The notes beneath the pieces are model-generated. The model saw only the letters and a program-made list of their open reading frames with translations, was not told the origin of the DNA and searched no databases. From NCBI RefSeq assembly GCF_036365525.1, contig NC_090412.1:6800123-6864122 (forward strand): a DNA stretch of 64,000 nucleotides. The letters are read 5' to 3'. The stretch comes from Heterodontus francisci (taxonomy: Eukaryota). Shown here one piece after another: positions 26,311 to 37,900 of this stretch. Within the stretch, counting starts at the first letter, position 1, and every line of letters begins with the position of its first letter. The translations under genes were made by a program, and so were the position numbers.

Positions 26311-27122
26311 TGATGGAGCACGTGCTCAGGGACTGGGCGCTGCTGCCTTTCCAGCAAATGGAGTGGAGGCCATTCAGCCCTTCCAGCCTGTTCCAGCAGT
26401 CAGTCACATCAAGGCTGATCTGCACCCTAACACCATCTGCCCACCTTAGCTCTGTATCCCTAAATAGGCTAGCAAAAAAAAAAAATCTATTGCTCCTACA
26501 CTTAAAATTATTGAGTTTTATTTTTGGTGGGGGGGGAAAGAGTTCACAATCCTACCAACTTTTGCATGAAAAAGTGTTTCCCAACTTCTCTCCTGAATGG
26601 CCTGCCTCCGATTTTGAGGTTACCTCCCCTTGTCCTTGACTTCCCCACCAGAGAAAAAGTTCCTCTATCGACCCTATCAATTCCTTTCACACCCCTAAAA
26701 ACCTTACTCAAATCTTCAACGTTACTGGGAATCATAGAAATATTCCAGGAAATACAGGGTTAGTTTGTGTAATCTCTCCTCATAATCTAACCCCTGGAGC
26801 CCTGGTAACATTCTGCTGAAACTGGACAGAGCCCTGCAAGGGAAATCAACTCGACATAATTATTACATTACAACCTGTTACAGCCATAAGTTTCATTTCC
26901 GTATGGTTAATACAACAAAAAAAGGCAATCGCATAAAAATTGTAAAATGATTGAAGGGCACAGCAAGAGCAGTGATGCTGGTGTAAACTCCTTAGTTAGA
27001 GCTCCTGCACTATTTCCTGCAGACTGTGCTTTTATGTAATTCTGTATGGCCCATAGAGAGGTTGCAGTGAATTCAGAGGGGTTTTTAATCAACCTTTGGC
27101 AAACTGCACAACTTTATAATTT

Positions 27123-28220
27123 TGTTACAAGGCTTTTTGTTTATGTATTAAAAACTTAGAATTCTGAGTTTTAAAAAACTGAAAAAGGAATTTTATTGGA
27201 CATTGAGACACCTGCAAATAGTTGAAAGTTATGAATGTTTTGAAAGGATGTTCGAAACAAAAGCTGAACTTTATGGATGTTTTGAAAGAAAGCTTAACTT
27301 GTACCCAAGAACAGGAAAGCAGATAATTTCAAGGAAACCAGCAAGGGGTTTGATCTCCTTAGAGCTACTCTATGACAAGGGAGACTTTATATCTGGACAT
27401 GTGACCTGTTCAGGAAGGGTTTGCTTTCACTTTGGACCCTTTAAAAAACCAGAGTTGGACAAATAGCAGGCATTTTTGAAATTTGGTTTTGACCTGCCTG
27501 GAGATCAGAGAGGAAGACCCAAAAAGTGTTACCTCTCTCTGGAAAGGAATCCTGCATCTCTTGAGAAACCCTGTATTTCAAAGGTGGCAGATTCCTATTG
27601 CCTCCTGTCTCTGCATCAAGTGTGGTTCCTGTTGCCTCCTGTGTTTTAACAAATCCTTTAATCTGAAGAAATCTTCTATTGCTATACTATTGCTGTAAGG
27701 TCTAAGCAGACCTGTTGCTACACCCCTGATGAAAGACCTATGTGAAGCCTTCTGCAGTTGAATTGCCTTGAATGCCTACCCTTCACAGACTGTTCATCCA
27801 CCTCGCCTGGAAAGACTTTGAGTAGCATCTGACTATTAGACTTTGGGACACCTCATCAAACCGAAGGACGTCCTACCAGAACATACAAAATTATTTTATT
27901 CTTTTTATCCGTACGAAACCGCTGTAAACCAAAAATCCTTTTATCCCCCAGTTAACCATTTTTTTTTGAGCGTGTGCACACACGCACGAGGGCTAGGGAA
28001 ATAAGGAGCTTTTCGTATATAGATTTACTTCACTATTGATTAGGACTTAATTTTGTAATAGTTAATTTTGTTGTTGATTAAAGAAACCTAGTTATGCTTT
28101 ATTCTGAGGAAAGAATAGTGTCATTGGCTGTTTTTTGGTAGTGGAAAAATTTGATATGCTGTGACCCATGGAGAAGTGGGACTGGATTAACAGTGCATTT
28201 CTCTCACCTCAGTCGCAACA
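27123..28220 (+). mobile_element. Solo LTR (Gypsy-like)
   Basis: Termini TGTTAC...GCAACA; exact 4-bp TSD ATTT on both sides; 3' part is similar to the element at 1602-2336. Confidence 0.8.
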
Positions 28221-29174
28221 ATTTGGACAAGCAGTTCCCCATCCACCCAATATCTTGGCCATCTCCCAGATCAACACACAATGGCAATCATAGCAGTCCC
28301 TTTTAAGATGGTCATTGGTTCAGTTTTGGCAGCAGTTGATTTTAGCATTGTTGCAATCCTGGAAAAATTGCTTTTATTATTCTTCCTTGGGTATGGTGCT
28401 CCTACAAATTTTTGCATCCCATCTCAGTACTCTTGTTTGAAGTATTAGACAAAGAATATGAAATTGGAACAATTTAAGTAGATGCAGGAGAAAGGAACAC
28501 AATAACATTGCAAGGATAAGATACAATAAGGGAGGGAGTTCACGTGGAGCATAAATATCAGTACAGATTGGTTTGTGCTGTAAAATTCTACACAGAGCTC
28601 CAGTCACTAATTGTTCAAAGATGCAAATGAATTCACTGATCATTTTGACTAATTCTAAACACTTTGCTTATGTGAATACAGGTAAAGGATAAGAAAGGGT
28701 CATGTCTCAATGGTCTCACCCTTCTGCATCTCTGATGATCCTTAACACTATTAATGAATTATTTGCAACAATCACCAGATGAGGTTGAAGTCAAAACATT
28801 AATGATGTGCAAAGTCATGTTGGATCATCCTGAACATAACCTGAACAGTGAACCATCAAATTGTCTTTTTCTTCCATAAGAATGTTAAATCTGAGGAATT
28901 GAGGGCTAGGAGGCAACATAAGTCAACAACAACTGGGGTGATAAGTGGGAGAAGATACAGAGAGTTGAAGTGGCTGATAGGTGGTCAGCCTGGATATCAA
29001 AGGTGATAAGAGCATGAGTGAGTTAAAGTCTCATGCAAAGGATGGTACCTCCTACTGTGTCACGCTATCTACACTGGAGTGTCTGCCTAGTTGCTGAAGT
29101 GGGACTTGAACTTCCAGCCTTCTGACTCGAGCAGCAAGAGAACTACCACTATAACAAGGTGACATTTAGTTATT

Positions 29175-31403
29175 TTCTTCTTCTTCTTTGGCCTCCTTAT
29201 CTCGAGAGACAATGGATAAGCGCCTGGAGGTGGTCAGTGGTTTGTGAAGCAGCGCCTGGAGTGGCTATAAAGGCCAATTCCAGAGTGACAGGCTCTTCCA
29301 CAGGTGCTGCAGAGAAATTTGTTTGTCGGGGCTGTTACACAGTTGGCTCTCCCCTTTCGCCTGTCTTTTTTCCTGCCAACTACTAAGTCTCTTCGACTTG
29401 CCACACTTCAGCCCCGTCTTTATGGCTGCCCGCCAGCTCTGGCGAACGCTGGCAACTGACTCCCACGACTTGTGATCAATGTCACAGGATTTCATGTCGC
29501 ATTTGCAGACGTCTTTAAAGCGGAGACATGGACGGCCGGTGAGTCTGATACCAGTGGCGAGCTCACTGTACAATGTGTCTTTGGGGATCCTGCCATCTTC
29601 CATGCGGCTCACACGGCCAAGCCATCTCAAGCGCCGCTGACTCAGTAGTGTGTATAAGCTGGGGATGTTGGTCGCCTCGAGGACTTCTGTGTTGGAGATG
29701 CGGTCCTGCTACCTGATGCCAAGTATTCTCCGGAGGCAGCGAAGATGGAATGAGTTGAGACGTCGCTCTTGGATGACATACGTTGTCCAGGCCTCGCTGC
29801 CATAGAGCAAGGTACTGAGGACACAGGCTTGATACACTCGGACTTTTGTGTTCCGTGTCAGTGCGCCATTTTCCCACACTCTCTTGGCCAGTCTGGACAT
29901 AGCAGTGGACACCTTTCCCATGAGCTTGTTGATTTCTGCATCGAGAGACAGGTTACTGGTGATAGTTGAGCCTAGGTAGGTGAACTCTTGAACCACTTCC
30001 AGAGTGTAGTCACCAATATTGATGGATGGAGCATTTCTGACGTCCTGCCCCATGATGTTCGTTTTCTTGAGGCTGATGGTTAGGCCAAATTCATTGCAGG
30101 CAGACGCAAACCTGTTGATGAGACTCTGCAGGCACTCTTCAGTGTGAGATGTTAAAGCAGCATCGTCAGCAAAGAGGAGTTCTCTGATGAGGACTTTCCG
30201 TACTTTGGACTTCGCTCTTAGATGGGCAAGGTTGAACAACCTACCCCCTGATCTTGTGTGGAGGAAAATTCCTTCTTCAGAGGACTTGAACGCATGTGAA
30301 AGCAGCAGGGAGAAGAAAATCCCAAAAAGCGTGGGTGCGAGAACACAGCCCTGTTTCACGCCACTCAGGATAGGAAAGGGCTCTGAGGAGGAGCCACCAT
30401 GTTGAATTGTGCCTTTCATATTGTCATGGAATGAGGTGATGATACTTAGTGGCTTTGGTGGGCATCCAATACTTTCTAGTAGTCTGAAGAGACCACGTCT
30501 GCTGCCGAGGTCAAAGGCTTTGGTGAGATCAATGAAAGCAATGTAGAGGGGCATCTGTTGTTCACGGCATTTCTCCTGTATCTGACGAAGGGAGAACAGC
30601 ATGTCAACGGTCGATCTCTCTGCACGAAAGCCACACTGTGCCTCAGGGTAGACGCGCTCGGCCAGCTTCTGGAGCCTGTTTAGAGCAACTCGAGCAAAGA
30701 CTTTCCCCACTATGCTGAGCAAGGAGATTCCACGGTAGTTGTTGCAGTCACCGCGGTCACCTTTGTTTTTATAGAGGGTGATATTGGCATCGCGCATGTC
30801 TTGGGGTACTGCTCCCTCGTCCCAGCAGAGGCAAAGCAGTTCATGTAGTGCTGAGAGTATAGCAGGCTTGGCACTCTTGATTATTTCAGGGGTAATGCTG
30901 TCCTTCCCAGCGGCTTTTCCGCTGGCTAGGGAATCAATGGCATCACTGAGTTCCGATTTGGTTGGCTGCATGTCCAGCTCATCCATGACTGGTAGAGGCT
31001 GGGCTGCATTGAGGGCTGTATCAGTGACAACATTCTCCCTGGAGTACAGTTCTAGGTAGTGCTCAACCCAGCGGTCCATTTGTTTGCGTTGGTCAGTGAT
31101 TGTGTCCCCTGATTTAGATTTGAGGGGGGCAATCTTCTTGATGGTTGGCTCAAGAGCTGTCTTAATGCCATCATACATTCCTCTGATGTTTCCGGTGTCT
31201 GAGGCCAGCTGAATATGACTGCATAGGTGTTGCCAGTAGTCGTTTGCGCAGCGCCTGGCTGTTCTTTGTGCAGTGCTTCTGGCTGCTTTAAGTGCTGCGG
31301 ATGTTAAATCGCTGGGGGCTTTCTTGTAGTTCAACAGTGCAATGCGCTTAGCGGCTATGACAGGTTCCAGCTCTTCATTATGAGATTGAAACCAGTCTGC
31401 ATT
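29175..31403 (-). mobile_element. 5'-truncated RTE copy (RT and C-terminus; TGG->TAG stop at 29709-29711, small deletions)
   Basis: Nearly identical to copy 1 from about 8000 to 10224; (GAA)n tail; TSD-like CATTTAG(T/G)TATTT at 29163 and 31400. Confidence 0.92.
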
Positions 31404-32519
31404 TAGGTATTTAGTATTTAGGTAGAGGCATTTATATCAAGTCATTAATTCTGGTAGTTTTAATCTAGATGTTTACTTTTCCTAATTAATTACTTGACCA
31501 TCTTCCAAGCTCTGCTTTTGATGTCACTTCTCCATTCCCCTCATGTATCTCATGTATAATGTATTTTAATGTCTTCCTCTATATAAATAGCTCATCTCCC
31601 TGGCCTTGTCCTTTTAGATGCAGCCCATTTCTTCTGTACCAACCTGTTTACCCCAATTATTTATCAAAGCATTTTCACAACCCAAGCCAGTCCCTTCAAT
31701 TTTCCTTGATGAATAGTTTTGCAATGCCCTGAGGATAAAGTACTATATACACATGTAATTTCTCCCTCATGAACTTGCTACTTCTACCAAAGCATGGTGA
31801 TAAATCGGGATTTTTAAAGGAGTTCCCAGTCTTCTTTCCCACCCACCCCCCCCCCCCCCCCACCCCCACCCTTAGCAGAGAGGTCAATAACCAGGGGTAT
31901 AGATTTAAAATTGGTGGAAGGATTGGCGGGGAGTCGGGAGAATTTTTTTTCACTGCAGGTGGTGAGGGTCTGGAACTCACTGCTTGAAAAGGGTGGTAGG
32001 GGCAGAAATCCTCATTGCATTTACAAAAATACTTGGAAATGCATTTGAAGTGGTGGAACTTAGAGCCATGGAAAGTGGGATTTGGCTGGATAGCTCTTTT
32101 TTGGCTGGCACAGACATGAGGAGCCAAATGACCTCCCCTAGCGCCATAAATATGTTTTCCAAGCAGTATTACTTATTGAATCTATCTAATTGATTACTTT
32201 CTGGAAAAGCTTCATCTCCACCTTGTTCCGAACAAACCAGAAATCAAACCTCACCACTACAGACAGGCCATACTTGTAACGAAAACCCAAAAATTCCATT
32301 ACATTAAGACCGCAACTATGAAAACATGGAGAAAATTCAGTCAAAAGACAAGTTACTGCAGTAAGCTCACCATACCCTAAACATGCCACCTGGCTGTGAA
32401 AATACCCTCAATGCTGATATATTGAAACTGTATTTCACACGTGGCAGGTGCTGTGATACAAGTTTCCCATACAGTGACAATAGTTTTTTTTATGTGGAGG
32501 GCAGGAGTATTAAAATAGA

Positions 32520-32906
32520 AGAGATGCAATGAACATATACAAACGTTTTTATTTAATCACGCAGAAGGAGTTACAAATGGAAATATTTCACAGAGCTCAT
32601 ACAACAAAAAAAAAACATTTTCCCCTTACATCTGCCACACTGATCCACGAAGTGCTCACCAGCAGTAAAACTAAATGGTGGTAACATTATATTAGTTTAA
32701 AAACTCCACACAAGAACTTTGTCTCCTTTACAAAAACAATGTCACAGTCATCAAGTATTACTTGCATTTAAAAATTACAAAGGAAACGTAAAAAGTCCAC
32801 CAGATCCAACACTGCCCATAATGCAAAACAAAATCTGTGACAGGTTTCTTCACTTCTTAAAGGATTTCAAAAGATGTCTATTCCCTCTTGTTATAATTGT
32901 TGCCGC
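32520..32906 (-). other. Terminal non-coding 3' UTR exon of the hnRNP gene with AATAAA (32548-32553)
   Basis: Strong acceptor TTGTCCCTTCTGTTTTCCAG|GC; AU-rich body; AATAAA followed by U-rich sequence. The 3' end is approximate. Confidence 0.75.
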
Positions 32907-33536
32907 CTGGAAAACAGAAGGGACAACGCAGCAAGATTAAGCTTTTACCTCAGTTTTCTTCCAATAAAAAAAAGCACACACTAACCGTGTGAAGTACTGG
33001 GCTGGCCGAGACATGTTAACTCTATTTGTCAATATTTGATTAGCAGATTTGAAGAGCAAAACTATGTTTTTGTTTGATTGGTAGTATCTTCAAGGAATTA
33101 TCCAAGTCCGCCATGCTCTTGGGCCCAGCCTTCAGTTGTTATGCCAACTGCATTTACAATACATAAACTATATTTCACACACGGCAGATGCTGTAATATA
33201 CAAGTCCATTAACATTACAGACATGAGTCACTCATCACTACTGTGCTATAGAAAGAAAAAAAGCAAGCATTATTTAGCAATTGGTAGTACATTATCAAAT
33301 TACACACTATTAATAGAAAGCACAATGTGTAAGAACGGCTTTATCCATTGAAGGTACAGGAGGTCATGGCTATATTACCACTTAACTTGAGCCTGTAAAG
33401 AAAATATCACTATATAATTTTATTTTTAAAAAAAAGGAAAAACAATGTCTGCGTGAATGAAAGTGTATAATTAGAGTTTTTTTTTTAAACTGTCTTTAAT
33501 CTTTATGGTGAGACAGAAGGTTGGAAGAGACCATAC

Positions 33537-33622
33537 CACAGGGCATCTCGAATTCTGTCCACAATGTGCAGGCTTGTGCGAATCGTGTGGTCATGGTGAC
33601 ATGGCCTGCAATGAAGCTCCCA
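33537..33622 (-). promoter_or_regulatory. Conserved 3' UTR NMD (poison) cassette exon of hnRNP D/DL type, 86 nt
   Basis: CCTGCCAG|TGGGAGCTTCATTGCAGGCC...CCCTGTG|GTATGG. The 5' end matches my recollection of the CGGGAACTTCATTGCAGGCC start of human HNRNPD exon 9 and HNRNPDL exon 8. Confidence 0.8.
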
Positions 33623-34883
33623 CTGGCAGGTACAAACATAACGGTACAAGTCAGAATTAGAGTGGTAGAATTCTTATCAGGCTGTTGCTCTGATACTCTT
33701 AAAACCCATTATGGTACATTACCTGAGATCTTTTACTCATTAAGTGTTCAAACAGGACTAGGTTATCCTTACACTATTTACTGCTGTATACATATATGTA
33801 AAAGTTCAAGAGAGTTAAATGGGAGTAAGAGTAAAAAATGTTATACCCATATTTAATGCTTATAATAATGGAGTAGAATTGCATCATAAAAATATAACTG
33901 ATTTACGAATCTAGATTACTAAGCACAGAGATTAAAGAGCTAGTTCAATCAGGAGGCAAATATTTAGGTGACACATACCAATTCAGTTCTGCCAGTGGCT
34001 TTTTCATTGATGTTGCAATCTGATTATTACCCATTTCAGAAGTCCACAGTTTAGCTTTTATTCGCACACTGGAATTGTTTTTAAGACCTACAAGGTGGTC
34101 TCGATCAAGGAGAATTATGCTCCACGGACAATGAACAATTCAGCATGAAGCAGGGTATTAAGTTACATTACGTCACCAGGAGTGACCATTAAGTGTGCAG
34201 TTCAATGGATCAGGTTAAAGGTACCAGTCTCTCTCTCTCCTCTCTCTTATCCCCCTTTCCCCCACACTCGTATGCTTGGCTGGGATCCATTCGAAACTTC
34301 CCCAATGCCCCAAGTGCATTTAAAAACGTCACTTTTTACCGTCAGAGCAGTAGATTAGATCAAATAGGCAACACTTTTTTTTTTAAAATTAAGTCCGTAT
34401 CTATTATCCCATCATCTAACAATTCAAAAAAAAAGTTGGATTTAGGTTTTTAGTAAACCAGGCTACTACCTCACTGCAACATACAACCTATTAAAAACTA
34501 CAATAAAGATCATCCTCGTCACTCCAGCCAACCGCTTACGTGGCACAACAGCAGCACGTGCTTTTAAAAGCTATAAAACTAATGGAAGTTAGTGAAATAG
34601 TAACAAGTTTACCAGAAGTAGCTAACCTTCAATCGAGAGTTTAGTTTCCACAACAGACCCAAATGATGTACCTTCAGGTCAGTGGGACTGTAAAAGGTTT
34701 CAGATAAATTTGGGTCAGGAGCTTTTTTTTTTAAAATATAAAAAGCTTTGTCTTCAAAAAAAAAAAGCAAATGGAATGCAAAGGAAATTTTATTAACCAT
34801 TTTAAAAGCAAAAAACATTGAACTAGCTTTTCAATTACAAATGTGCATGTTTTCCTCAAATACCTGTGAAACATAGGCTTTAC

Positions 34884-34995
34884 CTTGTTCATGGAGAGCT
34901 TCGGAAAGGCCAAGTCATCTAATAAGGCCTATACTGAGTTTGGCCACTTCCTCCTCCTCCTCTCCTAGGAGCTTTACCATAGGTGCCTGGTTGAC
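34884..34995 (-). CDS. hnRNP D-family last coding exon ([24 protein letters not shown], stop 34919-34921) plus 35 nt of 3' UTR ending at a splice donor
   Basis: TTTCAG|GT acceptor; PY-NLS-type C-terminus; AAG|GTAAAG donor 35 nt after TAG. Confidence 0.92.
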
Positions 34996-37900
34996 CTGAA
35001 AGTAAAATTAGTTGAAGAAAAGGATTTGTCAACTCTCAAGCTGTTGACTACCTTTTGAACTAAACTCTGTTCACCCAACACCTTTGTCAGAAGTGTCAGT
35101 TTGGCTCAGCTGGCAGCACTCGCACCTCTTCAGTCAGGAGACACTGGGATCTAAGCCCCTTCTCGGACTTGAACACAAAATCTAGGTGGATGCTTACAAT
35201 GCAGTGGAATTCTGCAGAGTCAGATGCGCCATCTTCCAGATGAGATGCTAAACAGAGGCTTTATCTGCCTACTCTGATGGATATAGAAGATTCCATGGAA
35301 CCATTCAGAGGAGCAGGGAGCTTTGGGCAACATTCAACCCTCAACCAGCAACAGAATAGCCATTTATCTCACTGCTGTTGGTAGGACCTCGCTGTGTGCA
35401 AACTGCCTGCCTTGTTTGCCTACATAACAGGAAAAACTACATTTCAGAAGTTTGCTGTGAAGTGCTTTGGGGCATCCTGAAGATGTCATACAAGTCCATT
35501 CTCTGTAATCCTTCTCGTTAAGGTGCGTGCAGTAAGTCGAAACTTTATCTGGGCAGTTTCAAAATACAGACCAACATCCAGTTCATTATGCCATTGTTCT
35601 TAAGACTATGAAGAGGAATCTGCTTATGATCACACAGATGTATGGATCAAATCCAGTTTGCCAAATCCCGCATACTTTCACTCAAGTGTGATCAGTTTAT
35701 GCAGGGAGGAAAGAAAGATTCCTTCGTTCTAAACATGGAGAATGCCTAAAAGTTCAATTCAAATGGAAATGATCTGCCTGTTCACAGCACTTTGAACAGC
35801 AGTGCTAACAGCAGGCACTTCCATTTCATCTGAATTTAGCTTTTAGATATTCTTCCAAACATACTCTGTCCTGATGAAAGGTCACTGACCTGAAACGTTA
35901 ACTCTGCTTCTCTCTCTCCACAGATGCTGCCAGACCTGCTGAGTTTTTCCATCAATTTCTGTTTTTATTTCAGATTTCCAGCATTCACAGTATTTTGCTT
36001 TTAACAACGCACTCTGTGGTCTGTGTTATTTTATACAGCATGCTGGCAGTTTGAGCACAGCTGCAACTGTGCAAGTCTCTGATGCAATGCTCTACCAGAG
36101 AGAGCATCATACTAAGATGCCTTCTCATGATAAAGATCCACTGCATTTAAACAAACACCCCTGGCTTGGAGGGCCGAAGGGCCTGTTCCTGTGCTGTAAT
36201 TTTCTTTGTTCTTTGAAGTTAAACATATGCCTATGGTTTAACTATAGCAGGGGTGCCTTATTTCAACCCTGCTCTGCGACCAATTCTGCATGGGTGATCA
36301 AACACTACAATTGGTTTTCACTGAAATCCACATTTGGTGCAATCCTTTTATGCACCACCATCTTTAAAGATCATTTCGTGACGTGTTTGGGAGATTGAGG
36401 AACAGGATTAAGGAGATGATAGCATTTCACAACAGAGACAATCCTGGGGAAACAGGGCAAGATTTCTTACTATTTTTTTGCATGACAGGGCAATTTCACA
36501 AGCTAGAGAGAGATGATTCCTAGAATATTATAAACTTTCCAGGGCATAACAGCAAGTTAGCAGAAGTTAGACACCAAGACCAAATGTAAGGACAGACAAA
36601 AAACTAAGGGAGGACAGGTTCTTACTTCCATTTCCCAAAGACATTACTCCCTGTTGCTTTATGGTTCCACGGGCACGAGTGAACCTCACACTACCTCGGA
36701 CAAATTATCGTTCATGTGACCTGTATCTCAGTATGCTATGGGAATGCATGGGGCATCACAGCCAATCCCGGCCCTGCTCTCATCCAATGTCCACAAGCAT
36801 ACATCCCAAAGGGACTGCTGGATAGCACATCAGGAGTGGAGACCCTGGACAACAACTTCTCCTGGGGTGTTGAGGCCAATTCCAGTATGTCAGCTGCACT
36901 CTCACCTTCAAGTCAGAAGACTGTGGGTTCAAGACCCACTCCAGGGTCTTGAGCATGAAATCTAGGCCAACGCACCCGTGCAGTACTGATGGAGTGCTGC
37001 AGTGTCAGCGGCCCCTTCTTTCGGATAAGATGTTAATCTGAGGTTCTGTTTGCTGTGTCGGGGATGGGGTGGCGAGAAAGATCCCATCGCACTATTCAAA
37101 GAGCAGGGAAGTTCTCCCCAGTGTCCAGGCCAATATTTATCCATCAACAAACACTTAAAACAGATGCTCTGAACAGTACTGCTGTTTGTGGGGCTTTGCT
37201 GTGTGCAAATTGGCTGTGTTTCTTATAGGACGCCAGTGGCTACACTTTAAAGCACTTTGGAACATGCTGAGAACGTGAAAGGCGCTATCAAATTGCAAAT
37301 CTTTCTTTCATACCTACCACTGTCCAAGTGGCGATGAACTAATGGAATCCAACAGCCTTCCTAATGTGTATGATTCAGCTACTGACAACCAGGTGAGCCA
37401 TCAGGAGGTCCAGGCAACAAAGTTCTGGCTGAAACTGCACTTTATTTTAAAAAAAAAAAGGTCTTTCCAACATCTTCCCTTTTCAGGTTTCTCTGGGTCA
37501 TGTAGTTACTGTGGGTTGGTGTGTGACCCAACAGAGTGACGTCTGCCAACGTCATTCAAACCACTTGCTCAAAAGACAAAGCAACTCACTTTCCATTTTG
37601 CCTCTCCCTTGTTGGCAAATACCTCTCCACTACATTGGTTGACATCAGCAACTCAGCAGATTGGCAGACCAAGGGACTACTTACTGGATTTTGTCAAGCA
37701 AACTATTCAGAAGTGACTCCTGGTCTATGAAACTTACTGTTATAATCACCATATCCCTGTCCATAACCATAATAGCCATAGTTGTATGCTGGGTAGTCAT
37801 AGCCACTATATCCACCATAATTCTGGTTATAGCCATAGTTATAATTTCCATAACTTGGGTTCCAATAGTTACTGTTGTAGCTTTGGCTCCAGGTCTGACT

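Noticed and set aside
33130-33242. C-box-like GTGATGA and a downstream CTGA on the minus strand (possible C/D snoRNA)
   Set aside because: No terminal stem or recognisable rRNA/snRNA antisense element.
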